A DNA stretch of 64,000 bases from Eledone cirrhosa (Eukaryota): NCBI GenBank assembly GCA_964016885.1, contig OZ024740.1, forward strand, positions 410,998,001 through 411,062,000, written 5' to 3'. The position numbers were made by a program, and so were the translations under genes. Below the pieces are notes generated by a model. That model searched no databases, had not been told where the DNA came from, and saw nothing but the letters and a program-made list of their open reading frames with translations. Below, in pieces: positions 24,701 through 39,720 of the stretch. The stretch's first letter is position 1, and each line of letters starts with the position of its first letter.

Positions 24701-26969
24701 TAAGGATATGCTTACTGGGTGTTCGGGATACGTAGTCCTTGTTCCTTCATGCCAGGCCTCTCAGAACAGGTCACATGTCCGTCAAGATTTCTTGCGGCGT
24801 TGGATGGAGACTGCAATATATTTTACGATCAGACCACTCTACCTAAGGTCCGAACGCGTCCCTTGCTGTCTCACACAAAGAAAGATACATTGTGATTGTC
24901 ATTTTTGTTTCGAGGCATATTGCAGTGTTTTGGTGGTCTCATTTTTGCCAGTCACCAATTTGGTACTTTTCCCAGACGAGGTAAGACTAAGGAATTTTAA
25001 AGGCAGTTGTTACTCGTTTCATCGTACCTACAGGCTGAGAGAGTTTTCTAGGGAGCTAACAGTATCAACCCTTGCTCCATCTCCTCTAGTAGTTTACCGC
25101 TGTTTGTCTGGGGATGCTAATTCTTCCTACAGGTTCCTGCTGAGAACTCATTAAAATTAGTTTCTTAAATAAAGGGCCCATCAACATATTTAAATAAAGC
25201 ATCTCCTTAACGTCTACGTTATCAATAGACATGCGAGAACACACAACGAAATCCACGAAATAAATTAAAGAACAAAATGGTATATGCTATAATGTTCTCC
25301 TACAGAAAAATGACACAGTAAATATTATTCAAATCCATTTGATCGTTGATCAATGATAGAGGTTCACTTTGCATTGAGCAACATTAAAAAAGCAACATGA
25401 AAAGAGACGATTCGATGTGATTATGCATTTTAGACAACATCGTGTTGCTAATAAATAAAACATCCTGATTTATATTACTAGGGCTGACCGATGGTTAAAT
25501 AAAAATGAAACATTTTACGAAAGAAAAATGGACCACATATTTTACAATATTCCATTCCGTTTCTACTTCTGAATTTCAAACTTGATTTACACGTTCTTGT
25601 CCTATAATTCATTTGACTTAATAAATGATCACACTTATTTGCGATATATTGACTTCTTACAAAGCATCAAGGCCATGAATTTGAGGACAGGGAACAATCG
25701 TTTAGATCGTCTCCTATACTTGACTGGTACTTTTGTATCGACCCAGAAGGGACTAAAGACAATCTAGTAATTCGGAGGGTTTGACCTTAGAACATAAAGA
25801 TCTGGAATAGATCCCATAAGAGGCTTTAACAGTTCTGGCAATCTGCTACTTTCAAAATATTAAATACATATTTGCTACAAATTAAAATAGAATTTATTGT
25901 GTAAATAATATACATTTTAAAGAAATTTTTGTTGATTTCTATATTTTAGTTTCGATATACAGTATTTATTAGTAAAATATATAAAAGTTTTGAAGTATTA
26001 TTTTTTAACTATTTTAGTATGAATACATGTCTTTATATTTTGAATGTATTTTTTATTAGATATTTGTCATCTGCTGAAATCTCATTGACTTTGCGCTACT
26101 GATTTCTTACCATTATCCATATCGGAATTCCTTATCTATTTTTCATTTATTGAATTTTCATTTCCAAACATCACAAGCAATTTTAATTATATCAACACTC
26201 GTCTTCTATCAATGAAATATTTACTGATGCTTTCAATGAAAATTCGACATCAAGGATTAACGATGAAAATAGTATGAATTCAAACAAGGTCGCTATATTT
26301 GAAAACAATATATCACACCACCATTCTATCAGAAGGAATTGTTTAACTTTGGAACAAGTATATATAGGTGACGCACACAGAAAATTATATTGCAGTAATC
26401 GATAATTTTGAATGGAATAAAATAAGTTTCTTCTCGTCCTTTATTCATTTACAATAGCCTCTCCTGCATAGACAGAACTCCAGCTAGCAGAAATACAGAA
26501 ATACTTAAATTATGCTACACTATATCTGGCATTACCTCAACATATTTTCAAAGCTTCTCTTTGTGTAAAGGCATCAAGATATATCACAATATATTTATCT
26601 ATTTATGTGTCTGTTGCTCATCCATATTACTCTTTTTTCTCTCTGTCTCTTCACACACGGGTCCCTCCCCCCTCCCCACACATACACCCATGCACAGACA
26701 CACACACATGCACACACATTCACTCCCCGTATATATATATATATATATATATATGATGATCAATTTTTAGAAATGTTAAGCAGCTAAGTATTGAGTGAAA
26801 ATTAACGTAGAGTTAGAAGCACGTATTCAAATAACAGAACTCACATTATTCTCTCTGAAAAGCTGCACTGTATTTGCTGATTCATGGCTAGTGTACGGAA
26901 ATGTAACGGCTTATACCTTTATACTTCCGGTCCAGTGTGATGTACGGATAGTGACGAAGTACTTGCTAA

Positions 26970-28160
26970 AACATGTTGCTAGATGATTACTCAGGGATAT
27001 ATGACGGACATTTGGGTGACTGATTTGCTGTCGGTGCACCCGTGCTCGTTCCGATAGTGCATTTCCAGTTTGACCGACATATAGTTCTTCACAATTCAGG
27101 CATTTAATGCAGTAAATTAGATTTCTGCTTTTGCAGTTCATATTTGCATTTGGGAATATTTTTCCAGTTTTTGTTTTCATATATTGACCTACGTGTATGG
27201 ATTGACATGTGCCACATCGACTATCATTGCATTTAGATACAGTGAATGATTGGTCTTTGTTCTTAAGGTCAAACTTTGTCTTTGTTAGTAATTGCTTCAA
27301 ATTTTTCGGCTGTCTTTTACTAAGAGAAAAACTCGGTCTGTGATTAAACCTTTTAATTCATTACTTTGAGCAATGATCGGTAGGTTTGCTTTGGCAGTGT
27401 TGAAGATATTCTGGTGACATGGTTTGTGTGTCATTATAAATGGTATGACCAGTTCTTGGTTTCTTCTTCCTTATGTTGTCCTAAGTTGTTGTATAGGTAT
27501 TTTTATATCCCACTGTATGCCATTTTCTATAAGTAGAGATGGGTATTTTTGTTTGAGCAAAAATTCTCTCAGTTCTGTTAGGCGTTTGTTCCTGGTATTC
27601 GTATCTTCTACAATGGTACAAATTCTTCTGGCTAGGCAGTATGGGATGTTGCGTTTTGTAAGAGGTGGATGGCACGACTAAAAATTCAGATATTGATGGG
27701 TGTCTGTGTGTTTATAGTATATATCCGTGGTAATGGTGGTGTCATTTTTGATTACCATTATATCTAGGAATGGTAATTTGGTACTACTCATCGCTTTTGT
27801 AAATTGGAGAGATGGATGTAGGTTATTCAGGAGGATATTGAACTCATCCAGAGTATCTAGAGATTCTGTCCAGATGATGAAACAGTCGTCAAGGTATCTC
27901 TTCCAAGACTTTTCAATGTACTTTCTAAATTCAGTGCTATATTTTTCCTCTATTTCTTGGTAGAACTGTTGTTCTAAGTATCCCATTGCAGAGTTCGCGT
28001 AAACGGGAGCAAACTTTGTCGGTCAAACTTGAAATGCTCTATCGGAACGTGCACGGGTTCACCGACAGCAAATCAGAGACCCAAATGTCTGTCAGATACC
28101 CCTGAGTAACCATCTAGCAACATGTGGTCAGAAAATATTTATAATATTTCCATTCTACAA
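26970..28160 (-). mobile_element. Neptune-type PLE fragment (RT + GIY-YIG) with 5' inversion
   Basis: TKFAPVYAN..MGYLE, WKRYLDDCF, LPFLDI, C..RCGTC, NLIYCIKCLNCEELYVGQTG; frameshifted; 28021-28115 is an inverted copy of 26970-27075. Confidence 0.88.
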
Positions 28161-28162
28161 TG

Positions 28163-28312
28163 GACCGCGTGATGCGTTATGTCCTTGAGCAAGACACTTT
28201 ATTTCATGTTGCTCCTTCTACCTGGAGTTGCGACCGATAGATAGCAATAGCAACTGGAAAGACCGACGTAAACATTGTTTCCTCGGTCCGATTTGACGAA
28301 AGTCAATCGATA
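28163..28312 (+). mobile_element. Family-2 CORE-type SINE, 5'-truncated
   Basis: Closely matches 4377-4522. Confidence 0.8.
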
Positions 28313-28379
28313 ACGAAAGATATATATAAATCCCGTGTATTTATGGATGTCTTTGTGCTGGAAGGTATTCATAATGGAG

Positions 28380-28900
28380 ACCATTGTTAAACAGAAGTCT
28401 AATAAGGCCTCTCCATTCCTATTTAGATCGGGATCGCTGTTCCTGCCTATTCCCCTGTTGAAGTCAGATGGACATAGCCAAAATGTGTATTGAAGTCTAC
28501 CATTAGGATATATGAATCACTTGCAACCACATCTCACTTTGCAGTTTCCCTATCAACGAATAATCCGTATTCAGATTCTCTCTTTGCTGCATAATCTTAC
28601 ACTACTGACAAAGACCTTTCAGTCATACTAAGCTTCAAGAGTTAAATCTCTCCCAATGGGATTCAGTTTTAACAGATTCTGACAACCACAGTCTCGTGCA
28701 TTTCCCATCCCCGCTTTTGCAATCATTTCTGTGACCCCAGCTGAACAGTAGAATTTCCGCTCTCCATCCAAACCTATTCTACCAGAGCCAGGAAACTTTA
28801 TGGAGGAAACTCCGACTATATCTAGTCGGTAGCATCTGGTCTCCTCTAATAGTTTTTGTTCCTTACCTGTAAAGTTTTAAGATTTCAGTTGCGAATTGTT
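28380..28900 (-). pseudogene. Second decayed RTE-clade APE fragment
   Basis: Colinear similarity to 24200-24700. Confidence 0.5.
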
Positions 28901-29449
28901 AATGTTTGCTTCCTTCTGGACTGTTGGGATATCAAGATAGGAAACATTTGAGCATCCACACAGCGCATTCCAGGACAAGTCATAAGCAATTCTCACAAAT
29001 ATGGAATAAACTTATCTAAACGAACCAGTTGTGAATCTCTAGGTAGTCGCTCGGAATGCAAAAAATAACATTATTGTCCTGTATTAAAGTGGATGGCATA
29101 TTAGATGACATATTACTAGATACATTAAAAAAAATAGGTTGTTACAGCTAGAATGACTTTCATCTTTGGTTTCGATTGTGGCTGATTGGGGTAATAACTT
29201 AGTAAATATCACGTTTGATTGACAATACAACGTCCTTAGAGTAAAATAAAAGACATAATCACTTAACAGATGCTATAGAAAAATATTCTGCTGATAACAG
29301 CTAAATTACGTAAGGCAATCAAGCCACCAACTGAAAGATACAATAAGATAGCTGCTGTTTGCAATATCTTCAATTCCTTTCGGAAATTTAAAACCAATTC
29401 TCTTCGACTACATTCATTCCTGTAACGTTTGTAACCATAGCATAATGCT

Positions 29450-30600
29450 AGGATCAATGATGGATTTAAAAGTAGATCAGTACTTTGCAACCCATTAGAC
29501 ATATGTATCGATCTTTCCACAGTAAGACAACGGTGTCCAAATCAGAATGATATAATTTAGACGATTAATAGTTTTTAAAACCTATTGAAATTTCAATGCT
29601 ACTGTAATGGTTGTTCACAAAGAAAATCAACAAAGAAATTCAACTGTTGAGAAGCTTCATATAAATCAGTCGTGTCGTCTTTTTTCTGGTGCAACCTAAG
29701 ATATAGGTCCTTATAGAATCAGCAACAACTTGCTACATGTGGATGGAACTATGATATTTTCGGGCTCAGAGGAGAAATATTTGTGATGAAGGGTTTCGTA
29801 TGCCTATGACGTGCATTCGCTAGTAGGTATTCTCAAGCGGTGGAGAGGCTTAATATTTTTATCCAACACGTGGCATCCAGGTGCCTATTCATCTTTAGTT
29901 GTAGATGGGATAATGTTTTGTTTTAGCAGGTTCCATACTAGATCAGTTGAACTAAAAGGACAGTTCAAAAGAAAATTGTTGATTATATGTTTAACGAATC
30001 ATATTAGATCTTATGCTAGTCACAATGTCACAATTTCAGCAATTAGTATAGACTAAATGGCCATAGTGACATGAGATGCTGAGCCCATTCCAGAGAGGTT
30101 TAAAGTTATAATGCACCTCAATACTGGAATCCTTCAACTTACCACTCTATAAATACAAATACGATCTTTCAATAACATATTCAGAGAACCGGTTTAATAA
30201 TAATGACAATGTTCCCATATAATACGTTATGTTTTCTCATTAAATGGACAAATCATAGGTGAGTTTGATAAATCTTCTCAAGTTTGCATGTTAGGAATAG
30301 TAACGTTTGACACTGATTGAGCGTCCAATGATTAGAAATTTAATTATGTACAGATATGACATTTTCTCTCAAGTTGACAAGTGGATCATAAAATGAATGA
30401 TCAGACACCGATTAAATTGAGTACTACTATGTTACTGGATTTTCACAATGCTTCGTGAAATTAACTGATAAGAGCTTTGATATTTTGGATCCATTCTTAT
30501 CTATAATCAATCTTTGTCATGATAATGTCACGAAAGAAGATTACTAGTCATTACTGCAATATAGTTTTGACAAATGAAATTCTTAATGTTCCTCCTCTTG
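29450..30600 (-). pseudogene. Very decayed PLE-type RT
   Basis: Colinear remnants SEYVI, LMSL..SLYTN, PL..LLANA, DDT; many stops and frameshifts. Confidence 0.3.
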
Positions 30601-31858
30601 AAGGTTTCAATCAATTACATATTAAAAAACACTTTCTTGCTAAAAGGCGTTATTCAAAAAAATAATTTAAAATGGTTTTTAATTCAGCATTTCTTGAATA
30701 GAGAGGCCTATAGGCCAATAGTTTGTGAGAATATGATTCGGAGTTCTGTCGTTCGTTTCCCACCATGAAGAGCTCTGTTCGTGATGAGAGTAATAAAATC
30801 TCAAATCTTCAATCCATTTCGTTTAATGTTCAACAGGTTGAAAAAGTAGATGGTTGTAAGCAATGACAGCGCGAACACCACATAAAACCAACGCGTGTGT
30901 TACTAGCTTAGAGAACTTAAATATCTTGTGTGAGTATTGTATCTTTGAAATGTTCACACTCGTAGATAATAAGAAAAAATCAATATCGCATTACATAACC
31001 TACGAAAATATCAAAGCATTTATTGACTAAAAGAAGACGCTGACAGATGATATTTATGATAATGATGATGGGGAGGATGATAAATATGAATATGGCGATG
31101 TTGAAGGGATGATGACGGTGAGGATGTGCGTGATGATGCTGTTGTTAGTGGTGGTGGTGACAACGATGATGATGGTGGCGATCTTTATATTGATAATGAT
31201 AGTGAATTTAAGAGCTATAGCATAACAGCAAATATTGAATTTCGAGGAAAATGGAACTTCACATATAATATATATCTGGTAAATGTTCCATGCTCATTTC
31301 CTAGAATAAATATACATTTTGTTATGTTGAATGTGAAAGCAATTCCATAGACACCCAATGATTCATTGAAATTGTGTTACAGAATAGTGCAGCATTCTAT
31401 ATAACACCGTAGATAGGTTTAGTTCCATTAGATCTCATATTAAAAGATTAATTCACCGCTTTTGAAAAATTCCAAAATTTCGAAACTTAATAACATAAGA
31501 TTCTAGACTGATGGTTTAATAATAAAACAATGGTTTCTTCCTGCATTAGTTCAACCTAATGTTTAATATATAGCTACCAAATGCTATGTATTCGCTATTA
31601 GTTTATTGATGTGACGTTTGTCAATCAAGATAGTCAATAAAAAAAACCCAGCACAGCAACTGTAGCTTTGTAAAATATATGCGGCAGCCAACGGTTTAAA
31701 GACAGCATTTAAAAATGACCTAGAAACGGTGCATGTCATTATGGCTTCCCTACGACTCTCTCAGAGGTTATGGGTTCATATATACAAACATATTGAAAAT
31801 CACTATATATTATATAAATATCGAGTTTGATACGCCAGTGTATTAGAATATTAGAATT

Positions 31859-32169
31859 CGTAGGAAAATGGGAAAACTCGGAGCAAGGAAGCTGTTAAAA
31901 CAGCAACAGTTTTAGCTCAAAAGGATAGAAATCAGTGGCTAGAAATGTATTGGTCCACAGAATTGATAGGAAGAAAGAAAGTTCTAAAAGCTGATGAGAA
32001 TATTTCGATCTTTGTGTGACTTTCTCTTGTCCATTTCCTTTTCTCCTTTCATCCTATCACTTCAAGCCGCTGAATTCTGTCCTTTGAGGTAAAGATTATA
32101 CCCAATGCTTTGACGGCATTTTGCTGTTTTAACAGCTTCCTTGCGCCGTGTTTTCCCGATTTTCCTACG
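31859..32169. mobile_element. MITE with ~50-bp TIRs
   Basis: CGTAGGAAAAT.GGAAAAC.CGG.GCAAGGAAGCTGTTAAAACAGCAA and its reverse complement at 32121-32169. Confidence 0.8.
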
Positions 32170-33405
32170 TAGAAACAATTATTATATGTTTTGTGAAATT
32201 ATCATGAAAGTATCAGGTAAACAAACCTTTTGCTATGTGCCTGAATCTTACTCCATGAGGATTAAGGTTTCTTGTTTAATTTTAGACGCTTATGCGACTA
32301 CGTTTCAACGGAAATATAGTGATATAAGAGTTATGAACAAAATACCTCCTACGTTTTCAAATACTCTTAGAATATGCTTTTAACATTGATATATTTCAAG
32401 GTAGTACTTTATATTCACCGCATAATAAAATATTGATAATTAAAAGAAGCAGTAAAGTATTTACAGCACACTTTCTTCTTAGTCATGTATTTTTTCCTTC
32501 AATAATTGATCTCTTGATATTGTTCACTGAATAACACCTTCATAAATTATTAAAGTTACTATAACGCAACACGAAAAACATTTGCGAAATATAGTGTTGT
32601 GAAAGCATAATATAAAAAAATGTCATATAAAATACTATATGATGTAATTAGTAATATGAAATAAATTATTTTCTTTTCATATATAAAGAAATATACATAT
32701 ATATGAAACTTCTGTCGTAAATAAAAAAATAAACAGTATATTTACACCTGCATAGTTACTTAGTTTAAATATTTATGGATTTGGTGAGGTTAATAAAGTT
32801 ATTTTTAATTGTTAAATACAGACCAAATTATTTAAAGAAGTATATTGATAGCTTTTTATTGTATTTTCCTTATACTACACAAAGATATTATCTTTGATGC
32901 GATTGACTGAATTAATTGTTTCCTAGACAGATGTGTGTTTCTAGTGTTTAAATGTCAATCCATCATTAGTTTCAACTAGAGAAAAATTAAGGTAAGAATA
33001 AAAGAACACCTTTTCTGAAAAGAATTTCTTCCAAACTGATACAGTTCTAAAGGAAAATGATTAGAAAAAATATATACAAGGAAGTTTATGGGCAAGATAT
33101 TTTTAATATGAGGCGATTGGGATAAACGAACTAAATTAACAGATATGTGTCATTAGAGTCAGGAGAATCAGTGGTAGAAGGGATAGAGAAACAAAAGTAA
33201 AACCGTGTAACATAATCTGTCATATATAAATGTTTTATTTTTAATATAATGTACAATCTGTGTGTATATATATATATATACACATATATATATATAAATA
33301 TATATATATATTTACAATATATTAACTCCAATAATTTGTTGAGTGCTTTATATCAGTTATACAAATATTTTGCTTGTTGTATCCCAACAAATTAAATATA
33401 ACCTC

Positions 33406-33476
<71 letters not shown>

Positions 33477-33939
33477 ATGTGAATACATATGTTTATGAGT
33501 GTGTGCATATATGGATGTATTTGTGTATGCAAGCATAGCCGTGTCTAGTACATATTAATACCATTATAGGTAGCGTACAGAAAAAAAGGTCATTTTACAT
33601 TTTTGAAATGCCATTTGCTGATCAGGGTTAACACATATTATGGTAATAACGCATGCTTTATATAATATACTTGATCATTTGAGAGACTATTGACATGTCA
33701 TATTACAGGAGATTAATAAGTTTTTCTTTCGTAGCAAAACATTACACATCATGATTTATGAAAATAACATCGTTGGCAACAGGTTTCCACTGGAATAATC
33801 ACTGGCACTTTCTATTCATGATAGAGAAATGACAAAAAAGGTGCCTGCAAATCAATGAAGAACCACAATCTCAATGAAATTATTTCGTAAAAAAAAAAAA
33901 AAAGGTTTTCTCTCACAGAAATTGAATCGATCAGTCTGT

Positions 33940-34515
33940 CTCGGAGTACTTTCAAGTCGGGGACTATGGACCACTTACATAAATCCCTGGATTAGCAATA
34001 CTACCGGAGGACACTGCCGGTTCGAGACAAACTCTACAGGTACGGAAATGTTAGAGTTGCGCTAAGAGCGAAGAAACCATTCTGCTTGTACTCGACCAGT
34101 GTCCGTGCATTATTGACATGTGGAGTTTTGCGAATAGCTGTTGTCACGTGTAGGACCGAGCCGACTATCGACCTAGTTCATCAACTATTGGTCGAGTCCC
34201 GCCGCCTTCCTTTGGCCAGGAAGGGCGGGCAGTTTTCCTTTACCTGTTGGCTGTGGCGAAAGAGTTTGTCCGGTGGAGTCTCCCCCTCAGTATATTTGTG
34301 AATAGGAGTGTGAATATAGCAAGGAAGGCCGGTGGGAATGAGCCTAATCAGACCATGTACTTGTTAGATGGATGGTTTGGAGAATTGGGGAATTTTCTTT
34401 GCTGCAATTTTACTCGTCACTTGTTACATATTTTTTAGACGATTTCTTGTAAACCCGCAATGTCCCTTGATTTGTTATTGTCCCCTACATGTCGGCTTTT
34501 GAGGCCAATAAAGTG
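33940..34515 (+). mobile_element. Decayed Tx1-type 3' fragment
   Basis: Colinear with 35680-36470; ends GGCCAATAAAG. Confidence 0.75.
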
Positions 34516-34521
34516 ATAATA

Positions 34522-34705
34522 ATTGTTTCTACTTTTGGCACAAGGCTAGCAATTAACCCAGTGTATTACTGGCACTTTATTCTATCGATCCCGTAAGGAT
34601 GAAAGGGAAAGTTAACCTCGGTGGGATTTGAACTCAGACCATAAAGGGCCTTAACTTTTTGCTGCAAAGCATGGCGTCCGACCCTCTACCGATACTGCCA
34701 ATCCT
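34522..34705 (-). mobile_element. Family-1 SINE
   Basis: Matches 14884-15100. Confidence 0.85.
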
Positions 34706-34768
34706 ATAATAATTATTATTAGTCCTTGTCTCCGTCAAAGGTGCCCTCTCTCCTTCCTTCTGTACGTA

Positions 34769-36466
34769 TTGACTCTCGAGCCTTTACTTCGGAATCTGGA
34801 GCTGTTGCAGGTTATCCCGCTCGAACCGGGACGCAGAAAGGCTGTGTCGGCTTATGCGGGCGACATCCCCGTGATGGTCTCGGATACCTCAGAAATCGAG
34901 GTGGTCGGCTACTTACTGGAGGAATATGAAAGGTTGACGGGAGCAAAACTCAACCCGGAAAAGTCGGTGGGCTTGCAACTCGGCGCCTGGAGAGGCAAGT
35001 CCATGCCGTCCAACAACGTCGTTAGGCGCTGGACGGACGGACTGGTAAAGTTGCTCGGGGTTCGGTTCGGGCCAGACTTCCAGGTGGATAAGAATTGGGA
35101 CGAGGTGACGGGCAGGGTAGCCAGTCTCACCCAGAAATGGGCTGCGAGAAAGCTATCACTGAAAGATCGTGCGGAGGTGGCGAACGCGTACATCGCGTCC
35201 GTCATCTACTACCACCTGACCGTCGTCCTTTGCCCCCGTTCGCGCCTCGCCATATTGGAGCGGCTCCTCTTCAAATTCTGGTGGAGGGGTCAGGTTCCGT
35301 TGGTGAGGCGGTCCATCCGCTGCCAGCACCCTCTACGTGGAGGGGTAGGCATGCCATGGCTAATGATGCGCAGACACGCGCTGAGGCTGCGGCATCTCCA
35401 GATATTCTGCCTAAACGGTGAACAGGTGTGGTCGCCGTTTGTCAGACGGGCCTTTTCACAGCTCGTCTCTTTGACTGAGCTGCAGTCCTGGGTCAAGAAG
35501 AGACCAAGACTGGGTGTTTGGCATCTGGAATGTTGCCAGGCACTCACTGCCCTCAACCAGGCGGGCAATGCGGTCAGTGGAACTTCCACTCTCGAGTTCT
35601 ATAGAGGATTAGTGGTGGGCAAATGCGACGACGCACTTGGAGAAGCTCTGGGAGTCGACGAAGTCGAACTAACCAGTATGTTCCGGAGGACTTTCGAGCC
35701 GTGGACGATGGATAATTTCCAAAAATCTCTCGCTTGGAAGTGCTACCGGGGGGCACTGCCGGTTCGAGATACACTCTACAGGCACGGAAGTGCTGTCAGA
35801 CGGACCTGCCCAAGATGCACGCAGAGCGAAGAAACCGTTCTGAACGCACTCGTCCAGTGTCCGTGCATTACTGACTTGTGGAGTTATATCGAACAGCTGT
35901 TCTCGCGTGTAGAACGGATCCGGCTATCGGCCGAGTCCATATTGAAGATCGACCCGCCGCCTTCTTTTGGCGAGGAAGGGCAGGCAATTTTCCTCTGTCT
36001 TGTGGCAGTAGCGAAAGAGGTTGTATGGTGGACGAGGTTGAAAGGACTGAAGACCGACACTTTTCTCTTCGGCCAATCCCTCATCAACTTTTTCAACTTT
36101 CACATGGAAAGGAAGGTGAGGGTGGAGATAGAAGTGCTGCCCCACAGTACATTTGCTGACAGGTGGGTGAATGTGGCGAGAATGGCCCGTGTGAGTGTGC
36201 CTACTGTGGTCATGCGCCTGTTGGTGGGTAAATTTGAGGAGGAGAGGGGTACCCTTCCAGGGTGCTCTCGAAGCGTCGGGTCGTTCAGGATTGGTGGGGT
36301 ACCTAAGCGAACCCCGGGTTGTCATCCCCCCTATTGGGGAATTTTTCTTGTATTTTTCTTGTTACTTTGTTATTGTTATTCATATTGTTTACTCGGTTTT
36401 TCTGTAGAACCCCACTGTCCCAGTCTTTTGTATTGTCTCCTATATATTGGCCCTCGTGGCCAATAA
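34769..36466 (+). pseudogene. Tx1/L1-type ORF2 3' half (RT C-terminus, zf-RVT), 5'-truncated
   Basis: AYAGD (YADD mutated), GAKLNPEKS, KLLGV.FG, GGVGMP, CPRC..EETV..AL..CP; the frame runs into the 3' UTR. Confidence 0.85.
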
Positions 36467-36555
36467 ATGAAATCATTAAAGTACCAGTAATACACTGGGA
36501 TAATTGCTGGCCTTGTGCCAAAAGTAGAAACAATTATTAGTCCATGCCGTTGTTT

Positions 36556-36556
<1 letters not shown>

Positions 36557-36617
<61 letters not shown>

Positions 36618-36645
36618 TTATTATTAGTAGTAGTAGTAGTAGTAC
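36557..36645. repeat. (AGT)n microsatellite
   Basis: Seen directly. Confidence 0.95.
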
Positions 36646-37532
36646 TTTCATGTGACGTTTGTATTTAGTTTTGCTAGAATAATATTCTGAGAAGGAGCAT
36701 CACTTAATTTCCTCGTGGTTTTCTCTCATGTATATATGATATTCTATTGGAAAACGAATGTTTTCTTTTTTAATAGAACTTGAAACCATTGAAAGTTGTG
36801 TTAAATCTACTTCCCAGTGGCGAGTCAAATATTAAATTGCAAATAATATACAATGTGAAAATATGAAAGATTTATTCATTTTTATTTTATAATGTACGCT
36901 AGACACAATTCATATGATATTAGTTATGTCCCTTAGGTTTTGTGATGGATTACGTCTATTGTATATACAATAAAAATCATTACAGCACTGGGCTCATTTA
37001 AATCAAGTTCTCTCCGCTTTGAAATGTCTGGCTCTTTGCCAGTATTTAAAATTTCTGTTCAATTGTTTGCAAGAAAGACACTTTACGAATTCTGTGAATT
37101 TCATGAATTGAAAGTATTTATGTAAAACTAATTTTATGAGATATATCCTTAGAACACCGAACGGAATAACTTGCGCAATTAATTGACACCCTCTGCGTTC
37201 TGATTCAAATCCCATCACGGTCAACTTTGCTTTTCATCCTTTCGGAGTCAATAAATATTATACGAAAACCTTCATGGCATAGATTCCGGTTCCGGTTCCG
37301 GTTTCGTAAATTGAGCGCTCTGATATCATCTCTGTCTAGATAGTCGATCCCACAAAATAAAATCATGGACAGTTGGGCTTACATAGATATGTCGGCAACA
37401 ATATGTTGAGGCTTCATTTTGCAACTGATCGGCAGAAGTTGAGTGAAAATGGATACTATTTTGAGAATATTTATTTCCGACTGCCATTATATCTCTGGTT
37501 TATTTTATATCTCTCAACTGCTTATGAAGATA

Positions 37533-37718
37533 ATTGTTTCTACTTTTGACCCAAGGCCAGCAATTACCCAGTGCATTACTGGTACTTTATTTTATCGACC
37601 CCGTAAGGATGAAAGGCAAAGTTAACCTTGGCGGGATATGAACTCAGAATGGAAAGTGCCGTAACTCTATTCGTCAAAGCATGGCGTCCGACCTTCTACC
37701 GATACTGCCAATCCACCA
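37533..37718 (-). mobile_element. Family-1 SINE
   Basis: Matches 14884-15100. Confidence 0.85.
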
Positions 37719-38532
37719 TGGTAATTGGTAATTGCTTCAGATTGATAGCGTATTTCGTTCAAAGGGGGAGTAGCAATGGCAAGGGAAGTTGATATTTCAA
37801 AAAGGTGTCAAATCAAACCAAATAAAAATTTCGATCATTGTGGTGAAGACAATCATACTGAAAATATCTCCACTTAATGATCTGAAATAACTTTTATTCC
37901 ATGCTAAGTGATAAGTAATGCTTTCACGTTTATGTATTGCCAAACCTGGATATTGATATAAGTGATATATTTCAACTGGAAGATAATATCCTAACCCCGC
38001 AGATAATGCGTCGCTGATTCCGCTAAACAGGAGATTATTCTTAGCCATTAAGTATCAAACACATTGTTGTTGGGTTAACACCACCTTTAGAACATCGGAA
38101 AAAATAACAGTGGTAAGTTTTCCGGCGTTTTATGATCTGGTTTCGAGTCTTGCCGGAATTGATTTTGGTTTCCTGGTTCGGAGGCTGATAAAATAAGGTA
38201 CTAGTCAATTACTGGGGTCGAAGTAATCCAATATTACTGGTATTTTGACTAAATTACTATTACTATCGACCCTTAGCTTGTTGAGACATGAAATTGTTCT
38301 CGTGCATCATGACACATCAAGGAACACTTGGAATTAAACAAATGCTTTTGGTATTGAAAGCATTCCATGTATTTATATTAAATATAAATTGCAATACACA
38401 ATGGTATCTCTAACATATATTACGTTGTAAAAGTGATACCAATGGAATAATGAGTGAATTGTACGTAATGGTAAAATTAACGCTCTCTCTATATATGTAT
38501 ATATGTATATATATACATATATAGAGAGAGCG

Positions 38533-38604
<72 letters not shown>

Positions 38605-38824
38605 CTGAAGACAGCATATATATGGGTAGGTATGTATATTCCCTCTGATAGTTTGTAAAATGTTTACATAGATCTATATGATATACATAACAAAGCACAC
38701 ATATATTACTCTTTTACTCTTTTACCTGTTTCAGCCATCCGGCTGAGGCCATGCTGGGGCACCAAAATGATGAATTTTTTAATATAAGGAAGTGTTTCTT
38801 AGTTTTTATTCATTGTTTTTATTA

Positions 38825-38884
<60 letters not shown>

Positions 38885-39000
38885 TAAAATAACAGTTTAA
38901 AGTTTAAGCAAAGAATCGCTGCTTTCACCCTTAACGGGATCTTATCGAGCCATCTTTGTTTTTTTTTATTATTATTACTATATATATATATATATATATA

Positions 39001-39319
39001 TGTAAGCGCCTGATTCAGTGCCTTGGGTCCTATTCCTCTCTTAGACTCAACTCATCTCCCCAATTTCTCTAATACCCCGTACATTATCACACCCCAAGAT
39101 TACTATCGCTTTCTCTTGATCATTAACATCTTCTCTTACAACTAATACAGGCCTACTATATATGCTCACTCGACTATTCCCGTCACTGCTCCATACACAC
39201 CCTTATATTAACATACTTTTGCTCATAGCTTCGTACTTACATGCACACACACTCATTTACTCACATATACACACATTTCTTAGCTTCGTACGGACGTATA
39301 ATAAGGCGCGCGCACACGC

Positions 39320-39388
<69 letters not shown>

Positions 39389-39720
39389 CTTACGCACGTG
39401 CACAATTATAGTACTTTTTACAAAACGGTTTTCTTTCCATTTCAGGTAGACCCGCGCCATCATCCACTTTTCTAAAAAATAAATCATACACAAAAGGCCA
39501 GAACCAACAGTTTTTCAAGAGATGTCTACATGAATGGACCTGCTATTTTTATCTAAAGACATTTCTTTCCAATTCCAACCCACCCTTACCCTCAATTTAT
39601 CTTATTTCTCATTCTTTCTTCTGATGAAGAACTAGTGTCCGAAACTTTAAGACCCTCTTCCTGCTATATCAAGCGTTAACCTAATATATCCCTTCCATAT
39701 ACTGTACCGATTGTGTTGTT
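39001..39720 (+). mobile_element. Neptune-type PLE 3' end/pLTR with decayed HHR (39617-39652)
   Basis: RLIQCLGSYSSLRLN resembles the LGT..P.GLN ORF end; tctt-CTGATGA-agaac(tagt)gtcc-GAAAC-tt-T-aaga. Confidence 0.6.

Noticed and set aside
26060-26405. Exon-like stretch after a TTTTATTAG acceptor (similar case at about 16414-16497)
   Set aside because: Frames close quickly or give no recognisable protein.
26850-26915. CTGAAAA...GAAA hammerhead-like text
   Set aside because: C3/A8 mismatch and no convincing stems I or III.
32927-32991. Candidate exon (CCTAG ... AG|GTAAGA)
   Set aside because: Stops in all three frames and no supporting neighbouring exons.
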